A stretch of DNA of 64,000 bases from Pseudomonadales bacterium. Lineage in GTDB: Bacteria > Pseudomonadota > Gammaproteobacteria > Pseudomonadales > Azotimanducaceae. The notes below the pieces were generated by a model. The model was not told the DNA's origin. It did not search any database and worked only from the letters and a program-made list of their open reading frames with translations. Shown here piece by piece: positions 9,971-18,422 of the stretch; the first letter of the stretch is position 1; every line of letters starts with the position of its first letter. Made by a program: the position numbers and the translations under genes. Where the stretch lies: positions 254,176 to 318,175 of the forward strand of contig JASLQO010000009.1 in the NCBI GenBank assembly GCA_030744435.1, written 5' to 3'.

Positions 9971-10381
9971 TCACTTCGAATCGCACTTAGCCAGATCACG
10001 AATGGCATCCACAATCTCGTTTTGAGATGCCCTCGCATCGAACACGCCGTCAACTCCCTTCTCGATCATCTCCTCGGCGTCTTTGCTGGTTATGATCGAA
10101 CCTCCGATCACCACCCGGCAGTCGAGTCCTCTACTTCTGATGTCAGCGATGAGCCGAGGCACGAGCGTCAGATACTCCCAGGAGTGGCAGCTGATTCCGA
10201 CTACGTGTGCGCCCACTTTCTCGGCGTGCGCTGCAACCTGAGCGGGCGTATTGAAGACACCCATATAGCTCACGAACATCTGAGATTCCAACAGCATGCG
10301 TTGCACGGCTATCGCGCCATTTTCGTGCTGGTCTATACCCATGGTCGCGATCACGATTCTCGGTACACCCTTCATGTTCAA
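9971..10381 (-). CDS. cobalamin-binding small subunit of a divergent acyl-CoA mutase
   Basis: 136 aa. Rossmann-like B12-binding domain with the DxHxxG motif as GIDQHENG and a later GG motif (VIGGSII). The start overlaps the stop of the upstream large subunit by 4 nt. Confidence 0.85.
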   Translation of the reverse strand: MNMKGVPRIVIATMGIDQHENGAIAVQRMLLESQMFVSYMGVFNTPAQVAAHAEKVGAHVVGISCHSWEYLTLVPRLIADIRSRGLDCRVVIGGSIITSKDAEEMIEKGVDGVFDARASQNEIVDAIRDLAKCDSK

Positions 10382-11964
10382 AGCGGCAACTCGATCGTCG
10401 GCTCGATCATTGCATATGGATCATATGGCCGGTTCGTGACGAGCCGCATGATACCCGCCATCTCTCCGACCGTGACGTCGGCTTCGAAGCATTGCATGAC
10501 GACCGGTACGAGATTCCCACCATCCCTTACTGCTGTGGCGAGTCCCCGCATTGAATCTTTCGCGGCAGTTTGATCCCGGGTCCGTTTCAGGTTTCGAACC
10601 CGCTCCGTCTGGGTTTTGCATGCTTCGATCTTGGTTTCGGCGATATCCTTGAGAAGTTGGTCTTCTTCCTCAGGAACCACGTGGCAGTTCACACCGACAA
10701 TCGAGAGTTCTTCCTTCTGAACGGCGCGCTGACCTTCTTCCATCGCGCTGTGAAAAATATCTCGGAAGTAACCGCGTTCCTGAATCGCTTCGATATCCCC
10801 TGCGTTTTCTATCTCTTCGATTCGAGTCAGTATCCTGGTTTCGATTTCGTCAGTGAGCCATTCGACGAAGTGCGATCCGCCCAGGGGGTCGACCACTCGT
10901 GTCACCCCTGTCTCGGTTTCGATGATCTGCTGGGTACGAAGCCCTACGAGATGTCCTTCTTGGGAAGGCGTGCGATAGGCCTCGTCAAAGGTGGAGATTT
11001 CGATGGCATGAGCACCTCCGAGCACCAGCGATAACGCCTGCAGCGCACCGCGCGAAATATTGTTGACCGGTTGCTGGGCGGTCAGGGACAGACCCGACGT
11101 ATGACTGGTGAGTACGACCGTCTGGGAGCGCGGGTCCCGTGCGCCGAACTCGTCGCGCATGGTGCGTGCGAAAATGCGTCGGCTCGCCCGTAGCTTCGCC
11201 ACCTCCTCGAAGAAATCCATGCCGCAGTTGACGAGGATTGCGATTCTTGGAGCAAAAGCATCGATCTCCACACCGCGCTCGAGCAGTTTTCGTGTGAGGT
11301 GCCTTATCTCGACAAACCCCAGGGCCATTTCTTCCACCGCATCTAGACCGGACTCGCTGAAGAAGTAGGTATCTTCGACGTATGCGTGGAACTTCGGCAT
11401 GTGGCGCGCGCAGTATTCCATGCAATCCAGGGAGAGCCTGACACGCAATTCGACCGGCAGATGGTTGGCATAGGTGCAATCCTCGCCATAGAGCGGCATC
11501 TGTAGCACCGACCCCCGGACGGCGTCGGGCGGATAACCGTAGTGCTTTGCGGCGCACAGCAGGCCTGCAAGCGACATCAGGGACGGTACAGAGCTCGAGA
11601 CGGCCACCTTGTCCAGCGGAATATCTCTGAACAGATCGATGTAGTCCTGTTTGCAGCACAGCGAAACCCCCTGCGTGCCAACCGATGACTCGAGCAGTGG
11701 GTGGTCGGCGTCGAACATGCTCATGGTCGGGCCATCGCCGATGATATCCACGCCATCCTGACCCAGCTCCAACAGATACTTGATCTGCTGGTTGGATCGT
11801 TTGCCGTCTCCCTCACCCGACAACTCGCGCTGTTGCCAGCCCCCGGTCCTCGGTTGTGCGAATCGGCCGCGTGTGAAAGGAAAAACGCCGGGGCTTTCCG
11901 CGCCCTCTTTGCTATAGAAGGGTTGCAGCGAAACTCCGGATCGTGTTCTTTTTCTATCGTCCAT
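10378..11964 (-). CDS. divergent methylmalonyl-CoA-mutase-family catalytic (large) subunit, substrate unknown
   Basis: ORF trimmed to ATG 11964 behind a GAGGAGGG RBS. The C-terminal two thirds are MCM-family-like (FFEEVAKLRASRRIFA, TSGLSLTAQQPVNNISRGALQAL, VVDPLGGSHFVEWLTDEIE). The N-terminal substrate-binding motifs are replaced (see findings). Confidence 0.85.
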   Translation of the reverse strand: MDDRKRTRSGVSLQPFYSKEGAESPGVFPFTRGRFAQPRTGGWQQRELSGEGDGKRSNQQIKYLLELGQDGVDIIGDGPTMSMFDADHPLLESSVGTQGVSLCCKQDYIDLFRDIPLDKVAVSSSVPSLMSLAGLLCAAKHYGYPPDAVRGSVLQMPLYGEDCTYANHLPVELRVRLSLDCMEYCARHMPKFHAYVEDTYFFSESGLDAVEEMALGFVEIRHLTRKLLERGVEIDAFAPRIAILVNCGMDFFEEVAKLRASRRIFARTMRDEFGARDPRSQTVVLTSHTSGLSLTAQQPVNNISRGALQALSLVLGGAHAIEISTFDEAYRTPSQEGHLVGLRTQQIIETETGVTRVVDPLGGSHFVEWLTDEIETRILTRIEEIENAGDIEAIQERGYFRDIFHSAMEEGQRAVQKEELSIVGVNCHVVPEEEDQLLKDIAETKIEACKTQTERVRNLKRTRDQTAAKDSMRGLATAVRDGGNLVPVVMQCFEADVTVGEMAGIMRLVTNRPYDPYAMIEPTIELPL

Positions 11965-12003
11965 GGACCCTCCTCGTACCGGGTATGCCGTGTGGCTACG
12001 CAC

Positions 12004-12076
12004 TGTGATTCAGCATAACGAGCGAACGCGCGCTGAGAAACCGGAAGCTGATTCAGGGAAGCACTGAGCGAACGAG
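12004..12076. repeat. imperfect direct repeat in the 5' region of the divergent mutase gene
   Basis: TGATTCAG...GAGCGAACG occurs twice. The TGATTCAG copies are at 12006-12013 and 12049-12056, and the GAGCGAACG copies at 12020-12028 and 12066-12074. Both lie in the 149-nt gap between the 12114 stop and the 11964 start. Confidence 0.35.
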
Positions 12077-12113
12077 AATTGGTCGGAGCTTCCCCGCCAC
12101 TGGTGCGGCGCGC

Positions 12114-12530
12114 TCAAATCTGACGCACTTTCATCCGGCAGCGCTCAGCGCCTTCCGGAATTGTTTCACTGATCGTCAACTCTGCGCCGCAGCGTCTCAA
12201 CATGATGCGATCCATGTCCATAGCGGTGTCGCATGCGTAGCGATGCTCGCTTGCCGTGAATCCATACGGGCAATATGGAAGCTCGAGGGTGAACTCGTTT
12301 CCATCGATTTCAGAAAACCGAAACGGGAAGCCAAACTGCTGGCCAGAGTCGATGAGCTGCTGCTTCGTTTCGGCAATGGAATCCGTCTTGCGTACGCCCC
12401 CGAGCCATGGCAGAAAAGCCATGCACCAGCTCACCCCCCGCGCCAGAGGCTCTCCGATCAGCGGGATGTGCGACAGGAGCACATGAATCCCGCCCAGTAT
12501 GCGCATGAACGCGTCGATGTATCGCTGCAT
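12114..12530 (-). CDS. hypothetical Cys-containing protein (weak resemblance to the ATC-hydrolase-like domain)
   Basis: ORF 12114..12692 trimmed to ATG 12530 (MQRYIDAFMRILGG...). The C-terminal pattern LELPYCPYGF...ACDTAMDMDRIMLRRCGAELTISETIPEGAERCRMKV recalls PF14196-type proteins. This is from memory only. Confidence 0.4.
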   Translation of the reverse strand: MQRYIDAFMRILGGIHVLLSHIPLIGEPLARGVSWCMAFLPWLGGVRKTDSIAETKQQLIDSGQQFGFPFRFSEIDGNEFTLELPYCPYGFTASEHRYACDTAMDMDRIMLRRCGAELTISETIPEGAERCRMKVRQI

Positions 12531-12564
12531 TGCACTGTTCTCGGGTAGTGCCTTCAGAGGCTCC

Positions 12565-13098
12565 CTAGATGAAGACCTCCACCAGGTTTTCGATAAAAGC
12601 GGCCCCAATCCACGTGATCGGCACGATGACGGGGTACAAACCGAAACGCGCCACGATACTGAGGTTGAACGGCCACTCCGCCACCGTAGCAACTTCCCTT
12701 CGATAGGTCAGCAGGGGCCCCAGTATTTCAGCATTTACCAGCGGATCTCCACCCCTCGTTTCCTTGATGCTGTCCTGTATACGGGCGAGTACCGCCTGCT
12801 TTGCCTGCCGGAGCGCCAGGTGAATCGGCCAGACGGGAGCGAGGAAGAGGAACACCAGCGGTACAGCGGTTGCAACGAGTCCGGGGATGGTCGTCCGGGG
12901 GTCGGTGTCCGAAACCAGCCACATGATGGCAAACAGCGCCTGTGCTCCGATGACCATCAGCGTAGAATTCAGCGTCATGTCTCCAAACGGCATGAGGTTT
13001 CGATTGTCGAGCAGATCGATGGTCAGCTGATTCGAAAGTCTGCGGAACAGTCGTGCATTGTCACCAGTGCGCGCATCGCACAGGTCATGAACACTCAT
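12565..13098 (-). CDS. hypothetical integral membrane protein
   Basis: ORF 12565..13401 trimmed to ATG 13098 (MSVHDLCDARTGDN...). Several hydrophobic helices (LMVIGAQALFAIMWLV, GLVATAVPLVFLFLAPVW, FGLYPVIVPITWIGAAFI). May be the 3' part of one frameshifted gene together with 13145..13444. Confidence 0.45.
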   Translation of the reverse strand: MSVHDLCDARTGDNARLFRRLSNQLTIDLLDNRNLMPFGDMTLNSTLMVIGAQALFAIMWLVSDTDPRTTIPGLVATAVPLVFLFLAPVWPIHLALRQAKQAVLARIQDSIKETRGGDPLVNAEILGPLLTYRREVATVAEWPFNLSIVARFGLYPVIVPITWIGAAFIENLVEVFI

Positions 13099-13144
13099 GC
13101 GAATGCGGGCACTATGGCCATGGCAAACGTATTCACGCTGTTGG

Positions 13145-13444
13145 TTAGTGCATCCAGCATGCGTTGAAATCCTCCTGCCAGAAACCAGCTCTGCGACAGC
13201 CACAGTCCGATACCAAGAGCGGTATTTCCAACACCCACATGATGGAAAAGAGGTATGAGAGGGAATGAAGCGTCCTGTGTCCACGAAACACCAGGGGGGA
13301 CAGCATAGCCAAAACCAGAACCAGCGACAGTGGGCCTGCGAGCCAGAAAGCAAACGTAAATACCGGCATCGGGAACAGGGGATAGGACTCACGAATTGCA
13401 AGGACGGTGGAATTGTAGAGGAAGAAAGCCGTTAAGAACTTCAT
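13145..13444 (-). CDS. hypothetical small membrane protein (or 5' part of a split gene)
   Basis: ORF 13145..13513 trimmed to ATG 13444 (MKFLTAFFLYNSTVLAI...). Three hydrophobic segments. The stop lies 46 nt before the next ORF, and the neighbouring frame is open across the junction. Confidence 0.4.
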   Translation of the reverse strand: MKFLTAFFLYNSTVLAIRESYPLFPMPVFTFAFWLAGPLSLVLVLAMLSPLVFRGHRTLHSLSYLFSIMWVLEIPLLVSDCGCRRAGFWQEDFNACWMH

Positions 13445-13598
13445 CGGCGGCGTGGAGAGCGAGAGCGGCGACCAGCATGATCCAACCAAAAACCGCGAAG
13501 GCGCATCTGTCACATTTTGACCACGTTCGAAATGTAGAAAAATCCATTGAAATCAATATGATTGGCTTCAACTGCGCCGTACTCATGCAATATCCGGG

Positions 13599-14501
13599 CT
13601 AGAGGACCTCACCCAGTTTGCGCGCGAGTTCGGCATAGACTTCGCGGATGGGTCGTTGCAGGAGATCGCTTCGAGCCTCGTCGAACAGCTCGGCCACGCG
13701 CCGACTCATGAGGCTTTCCACGTGATAGCGCAGCCGCGCACGGCGGTGCAGATCGGCATCGTTGTGGTCATCACGCCAAAGGCTGTGTGCATTGATCGCT
13801 TCATCCAGCTCGGCGATAGAGTCGTCGGTAATTGACGCCGAGAGCACCGGTGGGCGCCATTCACCGGGTTCGACGTGACGATAGTCCACGACTGAGCGAA
13901 TGTCGTGCAACATCTGTTCGGCTCCCGCACAGTCGCACTTATTGACAACGTAGATGTCGGCTGTCTCGAGAATACCGGCCTTCATCGCCTGCACCGCATC
14001 TCCGGATTCGGGCACGAGTACTAATACCACGGTATCCACGAGGTTGCGGATCTCGTAGTCCGCCTGACCGACCCCGACGGTTTCGAGAATCACCTCGTCG
14101 AATCCGTGCTTATCGAGAACCATCAGCATTTCACAGATGTTGTCGGCCAGACCGTCATGGGCATTGCGACTGGGAATCGAGCGGATATACAGCCCAGGGT
14201 GTTCGGCCACGGTGTCCATACGAATCCGGTCACCGAGAATGGAGCCACGTGAGATGGGGCTGGTGGGGTCTATGGCTAGTACCGCCATTCGCGCCCGCGC
14301 TTCGAGGCGAGTGGCCGCCAGGCGCGCGATGAGCGTGCTCTTTCCTGCGCCCGGCGGCCCGGTTATACCGATTCGCGTTGCCGGGTCATGCGGTGAACTG
14401 GCCACGGCGGCCAGACAGTCTGCGACACTGGCGCGTGAGGCCCTCGTGAGGGCCCGGCTCAGGGCGCGTCGGTTGGAGAGGCGGGGTGGCGACTCCATCA
14501 C
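13599..14501 (-). CDS. meaB: methylmalonyl-CoA-mutase-associated G-protein chaperone (MeaB/ArgK family)
   Basis: P-loop GITGPPGAGKSTLI and NKxD motif VVNKCD. 4-nt overlap with the upstream B12-subunit gene. Confidence 0.9.
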   Translation of the reverse strand: MMESPPRLSNRRALSRALTRASRASVADCLAAVASSPHDPATRIGITGPPGAGKSTLIARLAATRLEARARMAVLAIDPTSPISRGSILGDRIRMDTVAEHPGLYIRSIPSRNAHDGLADNICEMLMVLDKHGFDEVILETVGVGQADYEIRNLVDTVVLVLVPESGDAVQAMKAGILETADIYVVNKCDCAGAEQMLHDIRSVVDYRHVEPGEWRPPVLSASITDDSIAELDEAINAHSLWRDDHNDADLHRRARLRYHVESLMSRRVAELFDEARSDLLQRPIREVYAELARKLGEVL

Positions 14502-14893
14502 GACAACGCCGCTTCCAGCGCGCTGAGCGTATCGTTGAGGCTCATCTCGCTGGTGAATACACCGAGTGCACCCATCTCCAGCAGAGCCTGGGTATCCTGC
14601 GGTGCAATGGTGCCGCCGATGAACACCCCTATATTCGCCGCGCCGAGCTTGGCGAGTTCATCCAGCGTTTGGGCCAGAAGTGTGTGGTGGGAACCGGACA
14701 GGATACTCAAGCCCACCGCATCGACATCCTCGTCGGCCGCTACACGCGCGATGTAGTCAGGGCTCTTTCGCAGGCCCGTGTAGATGACGTCCGCACCGGC
14801 ATCCCGGAGAGCCAGCGTGATGATCTTGGCACCGACGTCGTGACCGTCGAGACCAGGCTTGGCGATCAGAATACGTTTTCCTTTGAGACTCAT
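14498..14893 (-). CDS. cobalamin-binding small subunit of acyl-CoA mutase
   Basis: 131 aa. DxHxxG as GLDGHDVG, SxL-type LSILSGSH and GG motif FIGGTI. Confidence 0.9.
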   Translation of the reverse strand: MSLKGKRILIAKPGLDGHDVGAKIITLALRDAGADVIYTGLRKSPDYIARVAADEDVDAVGLSILSGSHHTLLAQTLDELAKLGAANIGVFIGGTIAPQDTQALLEMGALGVFTSEMSLNDTLSALEAALS

Positions 14894-14924
14894 GAATGGT
14901 CCTCTCCAGTGGCGGGAAGTAGCT

Positions 14925-16559
14925 TCATGCCCTCAGAGGAGGCTCCTGAAACTCTCCCCAGTGCCTCTTGAGCTCTCCCACCATCTCACCGACGGTGGCA
15001 TAGGCGTGGCAACACTCGACCAGAAGGGGCATTAGGTTGACATCATCATGGATCGCGGCGCTGGCGAGCGCTTTGAGCGCTTTCTCCGTGCGCACATTGT
15101 CACGCCGGTCTCGAATCGCTTCGTATTTGGCGATGATGCGCCTGCGATTATCGGGATCCTGACGAAACACCTCACCGAAACCCGCGTGCTCTTCGTCTCG
15201 CTGGTAACGGTTCACACCCACCACTATACGTTGACCCGCGTCCACCTGCCGCTTGCGCTCCCGTGCCCGTTCGACGATGCGCATCTGAATGTAGCCCTCC
15301 TCGATGGCTTTCACGACCCCTCCGTAGTCGTCGATCTCCTGCATTACCCGCAGAATCTTATCCTCCATGCGATCGGTTAGATACTCCACGTAGTAGCTGC
15401 CGCCGAGCGGATCGACAGTGTCGGCGATGCCGCTTTCGTGGGAGATGATCTGTTGGGTGCGCAGAGCCAGTTCGGCACTCTGTTCGGTCGGAATCTGAAA
15501 GGCCTCGTCGTACGCGGAGGTAAAAATGGATTGCGCGCCGCCCAGTACCGCGGCCATGGTTTCCGTGCCCACACGAACCACGTTGTTGAGTGGTTGTGCG
15601 GCCGTTAGGGAAGAACCACCACACACGACACCGAAGCGAAACAGAAGGCTTCTGGGATCCTTTGCATCGTAGCGTTCCTGCAGGAGCCGCGCCCATATGC
15701 GCCTGGCCGCCCGAAACTTGGCCACTTCCTCGAAGAGGTCCATATGTACGTAGAAAAAGAAGCTCAGGCGCCGGGCGAAACTGTCGATATCGACACCGCG
15801 AGCCAGTAGTTCATTCACGTAGGCAAGTCCGTTGGCGAGCGTGTAGCCGATCTCCTCCGCCGCTGTGCAGCCGGCATCACGCACATGCGCACCAGCGATA
15901 CTGATGGGGTTGAAACGTGGGCTTTCCTGATTGGCGTACACGATCGAGTCGGCGATTAGGCGCATGGAGGGTTTCACCGGGAAGATCCAGGTGCCGCGCG
16001 CTACGTACTCCTTGAGGATGTCGTTTTGGATGGTGCCGGACAACGACGCTCTCGGCACTCCCGCGTTGTCCGCGGCGGCCAGGTACATGGCGAAGATGAT
16101 GGCCGCGGTGCTATTGATGGTGAACGACGTGGAGATGGCGCCGAGGTCGATGCCATCCAACAACACTTCCATTTCCGCGAGGTTCGACAGCGATACACCA
16201 ACCTTGCCCACCTCGGCGCTCGCCACGATGTCCACCGGGTCGTAGCCGCATTGAGTCGGCAGGTCCAGCGCCACGGACAGACCGGTCTGGCCCTGATCCA
16301 ACAGAAACCGGTAACGCTCGTTGGATTCTTCGGCAGAACCGAACCCCGAATACTGGCGCATGGTCCAGCGGCGACCGCGAAATCCGTTGGCGAAGATGCC
16401 ACGCGTGTAGGGCATCTGACCGGGCAGTCCGGGATCAGGATTTCCCAGCATCTCCGGCGTTACCAGCACCGGCACTTCTATACCCGAAGGCGTGAACGCG
16501 GGTGCGGGCTCAGGTTTGGTTTCGGTCGTCACTTCGAGCTCCTCTGGTCTTGCTTGCAA
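14925..16559 (-). CDS. acyl-CoA mutase large (catalytic) subunit, MCM-like
   Basis: 544 aa. YTRG...WTMRQYSGFGSAEESNERYRFLLDQGQTGLSVALDLPT, GTIQNDILKEYVARGTWIFP, QPLNNVVRVGTETMAAVLGG, VDPLGGSYYVEYLT. Tyr and Arg are retained at the MCM Tyr89/Arg207-type positions. Confidence 0.9.
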   Translation of the reverse strand: MQARPEELEVTTETKPEPAPAFTPSGIEVPVLVTPEMLGNPDPGLPGQMPYTRGIFANGFRGRRWTMRQYSGFGSAEESNERYRFLLDQGQTGLSVALDLPTQCGYDPVDIVASAEVGKVGVSLSNLAEMEVLLDGIDLGAISTSFTINSTAAIIFAMYLAAADNAGVPRASLSGTIQNDILKEYVARGTWIFPVKPSMRLIADSIVYANQESPRFNPISIAGAHVRDAGCTAAEEIGYTLANGLAYVNELLARGVDIDSFARRLSFFFYVHMDLFEEVAKFRAARRIWARLLQERYDAKDPRSLLFRFGVVCGGSSLTAAQPLNNVVRVGTETMAAVLGGAQSIFTSAYDEAFQIPTEQSAELALRTQQIISHESGIADTVDPLGGSYYVEYLTDRMEDKILRVMQEIDDYGGVVKAIEEGYIQMRIVERARERKRQVDAGQRIVVGVNRYQRDEEHAGFGEVFRQDPDNRRRIIAKYEAIRDRRDNVRTEKALKALASAAIHDDVNLMPLLVECCHAYATVGEMVGELKRHWGEFQEPPLRA

Positions 16560-17313
16560 GTGCCCCGTCCGCGGCCTCCCAGTGATCCGCGTGAGTCCAG
16601 GTCGTCACCAGGCCGCTGGTTTCCTCGGCTTGCAGGGCGCTGTGACTCTGACCCGCGCGCCCTGCATTCGCAAGTGCCTTGAAAGCGCGCAGAACCTGGG
16701 GTTTTTGCCCCAGCAATGGCTGCAGGAAGGTATCGAGTACTTCTCCGAGTTCGGAGGCCCCGGCCACCATGTCGACGAGACCCGCGGCGTGCGCATCATG
16801 TGCACTGAGCAGCTCGCTGCGGCAGAGTACAGCCAGGGCACGTTGGGGGCCGAGGAGGCTCACCAGATCGGTGCCGCCGCCCCATGCGGTGGAGATGTTG
16901 AGGTGCCCCTGGATGAAACCGATATGCGCCGTGGCAGCCGCTACACGAAAATCACACGCCAGCGCCAGCTCGGCGCCACCTCCCCTGGCATCCCCATTCA
17001 GCAGTGCAACGACCGGTACCGGAAACTCGCGAATGGCCTGCAGGGTTGCCATACCCTGTGCGGACATCGCCCTGGCTTCGTCTTCGCTGCGTACCTGGGC
17101 AAGATCGACGAGATCGCCACCAGCGGCGAAACTCCTTTCGCCTGCGCCGGTGAGAACGGCGCACTTGAGGGTATCGTCTTCGCGGTGCAACTCGAACAGT
17201 TCGCGCAATGCATCCAATGTCCCCCGGCTTAATGCATTGTGCTTTTCGGGGCGGTTCAACGTGACTCGCACGATTGCGCCGGCCCGTTCGGTGAGAATCT
17301 CGTCTGTCATCAA
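16510..17313 (-). CDS. enoyl-CoA hydratase/isomerase family protein
   Basis: IVRVTLNRPEKHNAL...SFAAGGDL crotonase signature. Its 3' end overlaps the mutase start by 50 nt. Confidence 0.85.
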   Translation of the reverse strand: MMTDEILTERAGAIVRVTLNRPEKHNALSRGTLDALRELFELHREDDTLKCAVLTGAGERSFAAGGDLVDLAQVRSEDEARAMSAQGMATLQAIREFPVPVVALLNGDARGGGAELALACDFRVAAATAHIGFIQGHLNISTAWGGGTDLVSLLGPQRALAVLCRSELLSAHDAHAAGLVDMVAGASELGEVLDTFLQPLLGQKPQVLRAFKALANAGRAGQSHSALQAEETSGLVTTWTHADHWEAADGALASKTRGARSDDRNQT

Positions 17314-17575
17314 TACCTCGACGAAGTGATGGAAGTAGATGTGGCTGGGATCCTAAGTATTGCATTGACGCGTACCCACCGGGTAACCGCAATCCACTCC
17401 GCGGGCTTCGGCACGCCATGCGCCTGATCTCTTGCGTGCGGGTTGTTGTCCGGAGGAAACCGCAACATCACCGCCGCCGATGATTTCGCTTGGAAAAACA
17501 CTGCGGTAGTGTGTGTTGGCAGTGGCGTGAATCGCGCCGTCGGAGATGGATTGTTGCTACTGATTGGGAGGTCAT

Positions 17576-18394
17576 ATGCCTGAATACGAATTTCTGCTCT
17601 ACGATGTGTCGGAGCGAATCTGCACGATCACGTTCAACCGCGCCGAGAAGCGCAACGCCCTCAACACGAAGCTCTTGGAGGAGCTGGACGACGCCCTGGA
17701 TGTGGCCGAAGCGGACGATGACGTTCGTGTCGTCCTGTTCAAGGGCGCGGGCACCGCTTTCAGCGCCGGATACGACCTGCGTGACAACCCCTACACTGTC
17801 CCGCCCGAGGGGCAGGATCATTGGCGGTTGAATGATGCAGCACCGGCGCTCAGGAAAATCAGTAACCGTTACCTTCGTATCTGGTACTACCCCAAACCCA
17901 CAATTGCTCAGGTGCAGGGGCCCGCGATTGCGACAGGTTGCTATTTTCAGATGCTCTGTGATATCGCCTTCGCAGCAGACACGGCGACCTTCGGCCATCA
18001 GGCGCAACGTGTAGGCGGTGTGACCAGTCTACCGTTGTGGGTGTGGATGTTGGGCCTGCGGCAGGCCAAGTACTTGCTGTTGACCGGAAGATTGATCACC
18101 GCCAGGGAAGCGCAAAAAATCGGCCTGGTCACGCGGGTCTTCCCTGCGGATCAACTGGAAGGCGAGGTGAGTCGACTATGTGAAGACCTGGCGGCGGCTA
18201 ACCCAGTCGGAACGACCTGGTTGAAGGACGCGATCAATGCTGACTACGACATGATGGGTTTCCGGGCTTCGTTTCCGATGCATCATTCGATGAACGCTGC
18301 GATGCGGGTGCTGGAAAAGCAACCAGGGGAGTTGAACCTGGCTGACATCGTGTTTGGCGGTGATCGGCAGGATGTTCCCGAAGGTGAGGCGTGA
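17576..18394 (+). CDS. enoyl-CoA hydratase/isomerase family protein
   Basis: ATG 17576 behind a GGGAGG RBS. ICTITFNRAEKRNAL...AFSAGYDL crotonase signature. Confidence 0.85.
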   Translation: MPEYEFLLYDVSERICTITFNRAEKRNALNTKLLEELDDALDVAEADDDVRVVLFKGAGTAFSAGYDLRDNPYTVPPEGQDHWRLNDAAPALRKISNRYLRIWYYPKPTIAQVQGPAIATGCYFQMLCDIAFAADTATFGHQAQRVGGVTSLPLWVWMLGLRQAKYLLLTGRLITAREAQKIGLVTRVFPADQLEGEVSRLCEDLAAANPVGTTWLKDAINADYDMMGFRASFPMHHSMNAAMRVLEKQPGELNLADIVFGGDRQDVPEGEA

Positions 18395-18422
18395 GGTGAT
18401 GGCATTCACGCCGACCGGGGAA

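Noticed and set aside
12096-12102. GCCACTG, the core of the cobalamin-riboswitch B12 box, next to the B12-dependent mutase genes.
   Set aside because: It lies on the plus strand while all neighbouring genes are on the minus strand. No surrounding riboswitch helices or conserved flanks are visible, and a 7-mer is expected several times by chance in 64 kb.
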